From: Coriobacteriia bacterium
GTDB taxonomy: Bacteria > Actinomycetota > Coriobacteriia > Anaerosomatales > JAAXUF01
Assembly (NCBI GenBank): GCA_037140395.1
Contig: JBAXEO010000001.1
Location: 1-44,639, forward strand
DNA length: 44,639 nucleotides
Reading direction: 5' to 3'
The translations under genes and the position numbers were made by a program. Below the pieces are notes generated by a model. That model was not told where the DNA came from, ran no database searches, and saw only the letters and a list, made by a program, of their open reading frames with translations. Positions 26,374 through 34,037 of this stretch are shown piece by piece; positions within the stretch are counted from its first letter, which is position 1; every line of letters begins with the position of its first letter.

Positions 26374-26816
26374 CAATCTTGTCCTTCATCAGATGCAACC
26401 ATTCCGCCACCTCGTGCGTGCGCGACCGCCACAGAGGGGACACCGAAGCGCGCCAAGAGACGGCGGAAATCCTTCTGGTAGAAGATCTTGACGTTGACTT
26501 CGGGATAGAGCTCCTTTAGGCGCCTGACCTTGCGATTTTTCTTGGTAACGAGCTTCTGGCTCATGGTCGTAAGCTCAATATAGACGTCAAAATCTATGAG
26601 ATAGAAGTCAGGCGAGAACGAGGCGATGACCCTCCCCTGCCCGTCCCACTCGATGGGAAAGGTTCGGGGCTCGTAAAGCCAGCGGATGCGGTAGAAGTCC
26701 AGAATCTCGGCAGCGACACGTTCGCTCGCGTGCGCGAAAGCGATGTCGGCGAGCGGTGGGTGGTCAAGCAACTCATCGACGGGCACCGGCCGGATGGTGT
26801 CGTCGCCAGGAATCAC
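26373..26816 (-). CDS. Hypothetical protein with PD-(D/E)xK-nuclease-like signature
   Basis: Contains ERVAAEILDFY...SFSPDFYLIDFDVYIELTT...K. GTG 26816 lies 1 nt after the MerR stop; TTG 26834 is the alternative. The family was not recognised, and the nuclease-fold idea comes from the motif pattern only. Confidence 0.45.
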   Translation of the reverse strand: MIPGDDTIRPVPVDELLDHPPLADIAFAHASERVAAEILDFYRIRWLYEPRTFPIEWDGQGRVIASFSPDFYLIDFDVYIELTTMSQKLVTKKNRKVRRLKELYPEVNVKIFYQKDFRRLLARFGVPSVAVAHARGGGMVASDEGQD

Positions 26817-26817
26817 G

Positions 26818-27525
26818 CTAGCTGAGATCCTCAAACGCCCGCTTGAGCGACCGTCTTAGCAGGCGGCTCTTGAGCTCATCGGTCAGCGTCCCCAGCTCAG
26901 AGAGGGTCTCGCCGAGCTTCTGTCGTGTCTCAGACGTTCGATGACGAAATGCGGGCATCAATATCTGTGAGAAGAGCGTTGCTTCACGGTCCGAGAATGT
27001 CTCATACATTCTCAGATGGCGCGGTTCCACTCCAAAACGACGGAGTTCCCATGCGGCATGAGCGATCTGCACGTCACCGGGCTCCAGTGCTTCACCTTCA
27101 TCGGTCTTGATAGGAACTACAAGTCCAAACTCGGCCAGTTCCCGCAGGAAAGAAACCGGGATTCCAAGCGAATTGGGAGCTTCCTCAAGGGGAAGCGGCG
27201 CGTCGTCTTTTGTGATGAGCGGCAGAGGCTCTGTCATTCCCACCGGGCTGTGTTGAAGCTCGGGAGGAATCCGGCCCCGATCAAAGTCGGAAAGCTTCTC
27301 TCGGATGACAGCAAGCGGCAGAAAATACTCTCTTTGCAGCCGGAGAATCATCTCAACGCGGGCCACGTCCGCCTGCGAGAACTTGCGGTAGCCTCCCGCA
27401 GTCCGTTCCGGCGCGACAAGGCCCTCCTCCTCAAGAAAACGCACCTTTGAAATTGAAAGATCGGGGTGCGCGCCCTCGAGGCGCTGCACGACCTCGCCAA
27501 TCGTGAGGTAATCACGTCCTGTCAT
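26818..27525 (-). CDS. MerR-family transcriptional regulator (actinobacterial FHA-associated / FtsR-like type)
   Basis: HTH motif LTIGEVVQRL...SKVRFLEEEGLVAPERTAGGYRKFSQADV. It lies immediately downstream of the FHA gene, as in the mycobacterial garA-MerR arrangement. Confidence 0.88.
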   Translation of the reverse strand: MTGRDYLTIGEVVQRLEGAHPDLSISKVRFLEEEGLVAPERTAGGYRKFSQADVARVEMILRLQREYFLPLAVIREKLSDFDRGRIPPELQHSPVGMTEPLPLITKDDAPLPLEEAPNSLGIPVSFLRELAEFGLVVPIKTDEGEALEPGDVQIAHAAWELRRFGVEPRHLRMYETFSDREATLFSQILMPAFRHRTSETRQKLGETLSELGTLTDELKSRLLRRSLKRAFEDLS

Positions 27526-27539
27526 CCCAGCACCATCCT

Positions 27540-27995
27540 CTAGGCACCACTTAGGAAGAGCATCTGAAACGTACCGATCTGAAGGACGTCACCGTCTTCC
27601 AGGGATGCTTCCTCGGCCACGACCCCGTTTACGTAAGTTCCATTGAGTGAGCCAGCGTCTGAGACCCTGACTCCCCGCTCATCGGACTCCACAACCGCGT
27701 GAGCGCGGGAAACAGTCATGTCATTGAGAAAGATGTCGCTCTCGGGGTCGCGCCCGATGACCAACCGCGCTCTATCCAAGAAGAATCGCTCGCCTGGCTG
27801 AGGCCCCTTGCGAACAACAAGCAGCGGGCCTTCGTTGCTGGTGCCGAGCGAACGAGCATCGGCTTTTCCCTCGAGGGCGACTGGCTCGAAGGATGTCGTG
27901 GTCCCCTGAACTTTCATCCCACAGTTAGGGCACTCTCGATCCTCCGGAGTCAGCACGGCGGAGCATCCGGGGCAGTCACCCATCGCGTTGCTCAC
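27540..27995 (-). CDS. Zinc-ribbon + FHA domain protein (GarA/OdhI-like)
   Basis: Zn-ribbon CPGC...CPNC followed by an FHA core (GRDPESDIFLNDMTVSRAHA, SLNGTYVNG). Confidence 0.88.
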   Translation of the reverse strand: MSNAMGDCPGCSAVLTPEDRECPNCGMKVQGTTTSFEPVALEGKADARSLGTSNEGPLLVVRKGPQPGERFFLDRARLVIGRDPESDIFLNDMTVSRAHAVVESDERGVRVSDAGSLNGTYVNGVVAEEASLEDGDVLQIGTFQMLFLSGA

Positions 27996-28009
27996 TCTCT
28001 CTCGGCGCC

Positions 28010-28273
28010 TTAGCTGGAATAGCCAATATCCGGCTTTCGAAAAGCCGACTGAATCTCCTGCTCAAGCGCCTCAATGACCTCTGAGTTCTGAAGCAGTTCC
28101 TCACGCTTCTCGTCGCTGAGACGATTGCGCACGTAGGGATCGTTGATAGCGGCCATCAGCGATCGACCGTTGTGTACCTCTCGAATAACGTACTCAACAA
28201 CCCGCTCTTCCACCGGGTCAGTCGTAAGATCCTCAAGAAACTGCTTGAGCCGTTCGTTAATACTGGTTGCCAC
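28010..28273 (-). CDS. Hypothetical small helical protein (87 aa)
   Basis: Protein-like acidic, helical composition. It lies 14 nt upstream of the FHA gene. No family recognised. Confidence 0.5.
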   Translation of the reverse strand: MATSINERLKQFLEDLTTDPVEERVVEYVIREVHNGRSLMAAINDPYVRNRLSDEKREELLQNSEVIEALEQEIQSAFRKPDIGYSS

Positions 28274-28320
28274 ACTTCCTCCTAAATATGCACGAAGCTA
28301 GATCGTCACAGATTGGCGGA

Positions 28321-28635
28321 TCAGGGCTCTTCGATGTCATCCTCAGAAGAAGCCGAAACGTCAAAGCGCGAAACACCTCGAAGATCGTTGGCTAGTATCT
28401 CTATGAGGCGATCAACATCACGGCCAGTGATGACGTCCTCGCCAGCTTCGCGTCCCGCCTTCAGTCGCCTGACGAGCTCGGCGCGCAAGATGTCAATCTT
28501 GCCATGCAGCACCCTGCGCCGATAAGAGACGCGCTGCTCCTCTGCGTAGAGCTCATCGAGAAGTCCGCGCAACATGTCATTGGACTTGTGCTCCAAATCA
28601 AGTAGCACATCGTCATTAGTGTCGTTGAAGTCCAT
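28321..28635 (-). CDS. Small helical protein, RsiG-like (candidate single-motif c-di-GMP-binding anti-sigma-type protein)
   Basis: The ATG at 28635 (MDFNDTND) follows GAGGAAAG. The segment EEQRVSYRRRVLHGKIDILRAELVRR fits E-x3-S-x2-R-x3-(Q/H)-x3-D. Confidence that this is a CDS is about 0.7; confidence in the family call is lower. Confidence 0.45.
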   Translation of the reverse strand: MDFNDTNDDVLLDLEHKSNDMLRGLLDELYAEEQRVSYRRRVLHGKIDILRAELVRRLKAGREAGEDVITGRDVDRLIEILANDLRGVSRFDVSASSEDDIEEP

Positions 28636-28716
28636 ACGCTGCCCACTTTCCTCGAAAAGCCGGACACTGGTAATTGTAGCGCAAGCATCAACCAACGTGC
28701 GCCGTCAAGCTTAACC

Positions 28717-29523
28717 CTACCTTGAGCCTGGAACCTCCCCTACGCGAGCGGCCCGTTCAAGCAGCTCGCTATGCAGGCGAGCTGCAATCTCAATCTCGAC
28801 TTGCGATAGCTCGCCGGCCACAAGGTCTAGGCCGAGGTTCTGCGAAAACCCCCCGGCAATCGCTTCACAAATGCAAGCGCGGGTCGGCGCAATGCCCAAG
28901 GCCGCATCGAGCGTGATCGTATCCCGAAAGAGTCGCTCGCGCTGCTCGGCGGCCAGTCGAAACACCGACGCCTCTCGCACTATGTCTCGGGAGATGGTGA
29001 ACGACCCGTGCTGAAGCACGGTGCTGCCCAACCAGACCTGCGCCGATCCCGAGAGCTTGCGCACTCCCAGGGAAAGATCAGCCTGTGTAGCGTGAAGGTA
29101 GCACGCTGCCGAATCGTGCGACCCGCGCGGCCGGGAAGTCAGCGCAGCATCAACGCCGAGCAGACCGTAGGCCGCGGCGAGCCCGCCGCACAGCATGCGA
29201 TACGACGCGCTCGTGCCGCGCGGAACCCCATCGGCGAGACCGGCGATCACAGAGTAGGTGACCTCATCGTCGTGAAGGACGCCCCGGCCGCCGGTTTCAC
29301 GTCGCAGAAGGTCAATCCCATTGGCCGAGCAATAGTCCGTGTCGACTGAGCCAGCGTCTTGAAAGCGTCCCAGCGTAACGGTCGGACGCGCCCACTCGTA
29401 GAGTCGAAGTGTCGGCGGTGCAGCACCATCCTCGCGCGCAACCTGAATCGCGCGGTCAACCGCCATGTTCCAGGCTCCCTCGGCAGGGACGCTATCGATC
29501 AGAAGTCGCCATAAGGTGCCCAT
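28717..29523 (-). CDS. Lipoate-protein ligase / octanoyltransferase family protein (BPL/LPL catalytic domain only)
   Basis: Contains TLRLYEW..PTVTLGRFQ, RRETGGRGVLHD and the catalytic-Lys motif RKLSGSAQ. At 268 aa it lacks the LplA C-terminal accessory domain. It is adjacent to the gcv genes. Confidence 0.84.
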   Translation of the reverse strand: MGTLWRLLIDSVPAEGAWNMAVDRAIQVAREDGAAPPTLRLYEWARPTVTLGRFQDAGSVDTDYCSANGIDLLRRETGGRGVLHDDEVTYSVIAGLADGVPRGTSASYRMLCGGLAAAYGLLGVDAALTSRPRGSHDSAACYLHATQADLSLGVRKLSGSAQVWLGSTVLQHGSFTISRDIVREASVFRLAAEQRERLFRDTITLDAALGIAPTRACICEAIAGGFSQNLGLDLVAGELSQVEIEIAARLHSELLERAARVGEVPGSR

Positions 29524-29533
29524 GTGGCGCGGC

Positions 29534-31033
29534 TCACGCCTCGGCTGGCCGGTAGCGTAGGTCCGGGTTGCGGGCAGCGCCCGCCTCGTCGAGACGGCGA
29601 ACAGGCGTGGTGTAGGGAGCGTGCTTGAGCAGCTCGGGATTGGAAGCGGCCTCCTCGGCGATGGTGAGCATCACCTGCGCGAAGGCGTCGAGTGCGGCGA
29701 GTGGCTCCGTCTCGGTAGGCTCGATCATCATCGCCTCCTCGACAAGCATCGGGAAGTAGACCGTAGGCGGATGGAAGCCGTAGTCAAGCAGGCGCTTGGC
29801 CATGTCAAGTGTGCGAACGCCGTTCTCGCGCTTCTGCCGAGCGCCGCTCATCACGAACTCGTGCATGCAGGTGCGGCCGTACGGCACTTCAAAAGCGTCC
29901 TGCAGCAACACCTTGAGATAGTTCGCCGACAAGACCGCCTGCTCGGCGACCTCGGTGAGTCCCTCTCCGCCAAGGGCACAGACGTAAGCGTAGGCACGCA
30001 CCAGGATTCCGAAGTTGCCGTAGAAGCTCCGAACGCGGCCGATGGTGTGCTCGGGCCAGCCGAGGCCAAAACCGCCCTCCTCAAACTCAACGGGAAGTGG
30101 GCCTGGGAGGAAGGGCGCTAGCTCCTCGGTCACGCAGACCGGCCCAGACCCAGGGCCTCCCCCGCCATGAGGAGTGGAGAACGTCTTGTGCAGATTGATG
30201 TGCATCGCGTCAAAGCCCATGTCGCCGGGGCGCGCCTTGCCGAGGATCGCATTAAGATTCGCACCGTCGCAGTACGCGTAGGCTCCTACGGCGTGGACGG
30301 CGTCGGTAATCTCGACAATCTGCGAGTCAAACAACCCAATGGTAGAAGGGTTGGTCAGCATGAAAGCAGCGGTGTCTGAGTCAAGCGCGGCCTTCAAGGC
30401 CTCGACATCTACCTCACCCTGTTCGTTGCTTGGGATTGTGACGGTCTCCCAACCACACATTGTCACGCTCGCTGGATTGGTCCCGTGCGCGGTATCCGGG
30501 ATGATGACCTTCCGTCGCGCGTCGCCGCGAGCGGTGTGCGCGGCCCGAAATACCATCAGAGCCGTTAGCTCCCCATGAGCCCCGGCGGCGGGCTGAAGTG
30601 TGATGCCCGGAAGGCCTGATATCTCGGCGAGCACGTCGGACAGTCCTGACATCAGTTCCAACGCACCCTGTACCGTAGCCTCAGGCTGATAGGGATGCAG
30701 ACCTGCGAATCCGGGAAGCCGACACGTGTCCTCGTTGATGCGCGGGTTGTACTTCATGGTGCATGAGCCAAGCGGATACATGCCCGAATCCACTCCAAAG
30801 TTCATCGACGCGAGATGCGCGTAGTGGCGCATGATCTCGAGTTCGGTGACGTTTGGCAGAACCAGTGGTGTGCTCCGCGCTCTTCCGCCCAAAAGGTCGT
30901 CAACAATGCCAACCGGGACGTCAAGTGGCGGCGCCTCCACGCAGCGCGACTCAGGGGCGCCAAGCTCAAAGATCAGCTCCCGGGGACCACGAGCGGGTGC
31001 AGCGCCGGGTGTGTGCGCGAGTTTCTCGGTCAC
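29534..31033 (-). CDS. gcvPB: Glycine dehydrogenase (decarboxylating) subunit 2
   Basis: PLP-Lys motif NLHKTFSTPHGGGGPG. 4-nt overlap with gcvPA. Confidence 0.94.
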   Translation of the reverse strand: MTEKLAHTPGAAPARGPRELIFELGAPESRCVEAPPLDVPVGIVDDLLGGRARSTPLVLPNVTELEIMRHYAHLASMNFGVDSGMYPLGSCTMKYNPRINEDTCRLPGFAGLHPYQPEATVQGALELMSGLSDVLAEISGLPGITLQPAAGAHGELTALMVFRAAHTARGDARRKVIIPDTAHGTNPASVTMCGWETVTIPSNEQGEVDVEALKAALDSDTAAFMLTNPSTIGLFDSQIVEITDAVHAVGAYAYCDGANLNAILGKARPGDMGFDAMHINLHKTFSTPHGGGGPGSGPVCVTEELAPFLPGPLPVEFEEGGFGLGWPEHTIGRVRSFYGNFGILVRAYAYVCALGGEGLTEVAEQAVLSANYLKVLLQDAFEVPYGRTCMHEFVMSGARQKRENGVRTLDMAKRLLDYGFHPPTVYFPMLVEEAMMIEPTETEPLAALDAFAQVMLTIAEEAASNPELLKHAPYTTPVRRLDEAGAARNPDLRYRPAEA

Positions 31034-32430
31034 AGCGACGCCACCTCCAGGGCAAATGCATCCATCTCGGCTCTTGTGTTCTTCTCTGTGACGGCGAACA
31101 GCACCAGATTGGCGCCAGCAGCCGGGAGCATGCCAGTCGCGTGCTCGGCCTCAACATCTGAGACATCAACGCCGGCGAAGAATCCCTTGGTCAGAAGCGC
31201 GTCTTGCATTGAACGCACGTCGCCGAGGAACTCCAGCGCAAACTCGTAGCCGAAATCGGCTTCCCACGGCGCACGAAAGCGGCCGGTGGCAAGCAGCTGT
31301 TGGCGCAGGTAGTGAGCCTTGGCAACACACGAACGAACGATTCCAGCCAGTCCGTGCTCGCCCACAGCTGAGAGATAGGTGCCTGCCGCGAGAGCGTTGA
31401 GCGCGTGATTACTGCAGATGTTGCTGGTGGCCTTTTCACGACGAATATGCTGCTCCCGAGTTGACAGCGTCAGGACAAACGCCATCGCGCCGTCAACGTC
31501 AACAGTTCGGCCCACGATTCGACCCGGCATTTGACGCACATGCTCCTGTCGGCACGTAAAGAAGCCGAGACCAGGACCACCAAAGGAGGTGGCACCGCCG
31601 AGAGGCTGACCTTCGCCCACCACGATGTCGGCGCCGTACGCGCTCGGAGGCTCCATGATGCCAAGAAGTATCGGGTTGGTAGCAACCACAAGCAGCGCTC
31701 CCGACTCGTGCGCCATCCTCGCGATGCGCTCCAGATCCTCAAAGGAGCCGAAGAAGTTCGGGGACTGCACGAGGACGGCGGCTACGTCACCCCGACCCAG
31801 GACTTCGGCGAGTCCGAGGAGCGCCTCATCGGCGAGGCCGGCAAGAAGAGTCGCACCCGAGGCCACGTCGACGGAGGGCGGCTCGGCGACGCTGAACTGG
31901 CCTGCGTCCGCGTAAGTTGCGAGAGTGTTCTGCCACTCGGGATGAACCGTGGGCAGACACACGACAGTGCTGCGACGGGTAACTCGGCAGGCCATCAGTG
32001 CGGCTTCCACCAGTGCGGTTGCACCGTCATACATCGAGGCGTTTGAAACGTCCATGCCCGTGAGGGCACAGATCATTGACTGATACTCATAGATTGCCTG
32101 CAGGGTGCCCTGGCTCACTTCGGGTTGGTAGGGCGTGTATGCGGTGAAGAACTCCGGCTTTGAGAGCACATGGTCCACAAGGCTCGGGACGTAATGGTCG
32201 TAGCAGCCGGCTCCCATGAAACTGACCAACTCAGAGGCCGAGATGTTTTGATCGGCGAGAGCGGACAGATGCGATGAGAGCTCGATCTCTGACAATCCCT
32301 CGGGCAGGTCCAGCCCACCCACCACTCTGACCGCCTCGGGAATCACGTCGAACAGCACGTCCACATCGGCAACGCCAACAGCGCGAAGCATGGCCTCGCG
32401 CTGTTCGCAGGTGACGGGTATGTAGCGCAT
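31030..32430 (-). CDS. gcvPA: Glycine dehydrogenase (decarboxylating) subunit 1
   Basis: N-terminus MRYIPVT..QREAML and body TPYQPEVSQGTLQAIYEYQ, typical of GcvPA. Confidence 0.94.
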   Translation of the reverse strand: MRYIPVTCEQREAMLRAVGVADVDVLFDVIPEAVRVVGGLDLPEGLSEIELSSHLSALADQNISASELVSFMGAGCYDHYVPSLVDHVLSKPEFFTAYTPYQPEVSQGTLQAIYEYQSMICALTGMDVSNASMYDGATALVEAALMACRVTRRSTVVCLPTVHPEWQNTLATYADAGQFSVAEPPSVDVASGATLLAGLADEALLGLAEVLGRGDVAAVLVQSPNFFGSFEDLERIARMAHESGALLVVATNPILLGIMEPPSAYGADIVVGEGQPLGGATSFGGPGLGFFTCRQEHVRQMPGRIVGRTVDVDGAMAFVLTLSTREQHIRREKATSNICSNHALNALAAGTYLSAVGEHGLAGIVRSCVAKAHYLRQQLLATGRFRAPWEADFGYEFALEFLGDVRSMQDALLTKGFFAGVDVSDVEAEHATGMLPAAGANLVLFAVTEKNTRAEMDAFALEVASL

Positions 32431-32434
32431 TCGC

Positions 32435-32827
32435 CTAGCCTTCGACGATGAAGGCGTCGTACTCCTCGGCGCTCATGAGCGCATCGAGCTGAGCTGCGTC
32501 GTCAAGTCTGACCTTAACCATCCACCCTGCACCGTGAGGGTCCGAGTTGACCGTCTCGGGCGTATCGCCGAGCGCGGAGTTGACCTCCACGATCTCGCCG
32601 GAAAGCGGAGCGAATAGCTCTGAGACGGACTTGACCGACTCGATCTCGCCAAAAGAGTCGCCGGTGGCGAGAACGTCTCCGGCCGAGGGGAGGTCGACGT
32701 AGACGACCTCGCCGAGCTGATCTTGCGCGAAGTCGGATATCCCGACTGTGGCTACGTCGCCTTGAACGAGGACCCATTCGTGCTCATTTGAGTACTTGCG
32801 GTCGCTTGGGTGTGCCATAGCTTTCAA
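32435..32827 (-). CDS. gcvH: Glycine cleavage system H protein
   Basis: Lipoyl-Lys motif GEIESVKSVSEL, in a 130-aa protein. Confidence 0.94.
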   Translation of the reverse strand: MKAMAHPSDRKYSNEHEWVLVQGDVATVGISDFAQDQLGEVVYVDLPSAGDVLATGDSFGEIESVKSVSELFAPLSGEIVEVNSALGDTPETVNSDPHGAGWMVKVRLDDAAQLDALMSAEEYDAFIVEG

Positions 32828-32859
32828 GTGCTCCTTTCGGTGACGGATATGTTGACGTG

Positions 32860-33957
32860 CTATGCCGACAGCGAAGTCGACGTGACGAACGGCGGCTTGA
32901 CGACGGTTGCCTGAAGCGTCTTCTTACGAATCTCGACCTGTAGAGCTGTTCCCGGCTCGCTGAGCCCGGTGGGAACGTAGGCGGTCGCAATCCCTGTTTC
33001 CAGCGTTGGCGAGAAGCTGCCGCTCGCTACCTTACCCACCACGGCGCCCTCGCGCAACACAGACATTCCGTGCCGCGGGATGGCACCTTGGATGGTCATG
33101 CCGACCAGTTTGGTGGTTGGTCCAGATTCGCGGACCTTCGCAACGGCTTCAGCACCGACGTAGCCAGTCTTGGCGGCGGGCACAACCCATCCCAGACCAG
33201 CCGAGATGGGATCGATGGTGCGGTCCATGTCGCTACCGTACAGCGGATACCCCATCTCCAAGCGCAGAGTATCCCGAGCACCAAGTCCAATAGGGCTGAC
33301 CTGGCCAAACGACAGAATGGAGCGCCAGAGCTGAGGGGCGGCCGACGTGGACGTGAGAATCTCGACTCCGTCTTCGCCGGTATAGCCCGTCCGAGCAACC
33401 AGCGCCGGAGTCGTGTCGAGAAGCGCCTCACAGAGAGTGAACCGAGACGGCGCCTCCCATCCCTGACCAGCGAGCTCACGCACTATGCCGAGAGCTTGGG
33501 GACCCTGCAGCGCAATCAGAGAGGTTCGATCGGACTCGTCTACGAGCTCGACCTCGGCCGGGGCGTGCGCGCTCAGCCAGGCGAAGTCGATCTCGTGGTT
33601 GGAGGCGTTGGCAATGATCAGGTACTCCAGATCGCCCGAGTGGTAGACGATCAAGTCATCGATGATGTGTCCCTCTTCATCGAGCATCAACGTGTACTGA
33701 GCTCGGCCGAGCTGGGAGATCTTGGACAGATCGTTAGTGAGGACCCCCTGGAGGAAGTCGAAAGCGGCAAAACCAAACACGCGAAACTCGGCCATATGAC
33801 CGACATCAAATACACCGGCAGCACTTCGGACCGCATTGTGCTCATGGATGATGCCGGCGTACTGAACGGGCATCTCCCAGCCAGCAAATGGCACCATGCG
33901 AGCTCCGAGCGCGATGTGCTCGGCATACAGAGCCGTGCGTTTCAACTCAACTGACAT
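32860..33957 (-). CDS. gcvT: Aminomethyltransferase (glycine cleavage T protein)
   Basis: Contains LKRTALYAEHIALGARMVPFAGWEMPVQY. I preferred the ATG at 33957, preceded by GGAGGAAAGC, over the ORF-track start at 33993. Confidence 0.93.
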   Translation of the reverse strand: MSVELKRTALYAEHIALGARMVPFAGWEMPVQYAGIIHEHNAVRSAAGVFDVGHMAEFRVFGFAAFDFLQGVLTNDLSKISQLGRAQYTLMLDEEGHIIDDLIVYHSGDLEYLIIANASNHEIDFAWLSAHAPAEVELVDESDRTSLIALQGPQALGIVRELAGQGWEAPSRFTLCEALLDTTPALVARTGYTGEDGVEILTSTSAAPQLWRSILSFGQVSPIGLGARDTLRLEMGYPLYGSDMDRTIDPISAGLGWVVPAAKTGYVGAEAVAKVRESGPTTKLVGMTIQGAIPRHGMSVLREGAVVGKVASGSFSPTLETGIATAYVPTGLSEPGTALQVEIRKKTLQATVVKPPFVTSTSLSA

Positions 33958-34037
33958 GCTTTCCTCCGCTATTCCCAGATGTCTGTCCGACACAAACCGC
34001 GTCTATTGCCCCTCGAAGTCGAGCCAATCTAGCAGGT

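Noticed and set aside
33070-33954. 294-aa ORF on the + strand, antisense to gcvT. Similar shadow ORFs occur at 40205-40963, 4821-5447, 3192-3725 and 10279-10968.
   Set aside because: All of them are shadows of strongly supported genes on the other strand and carry no motifs.
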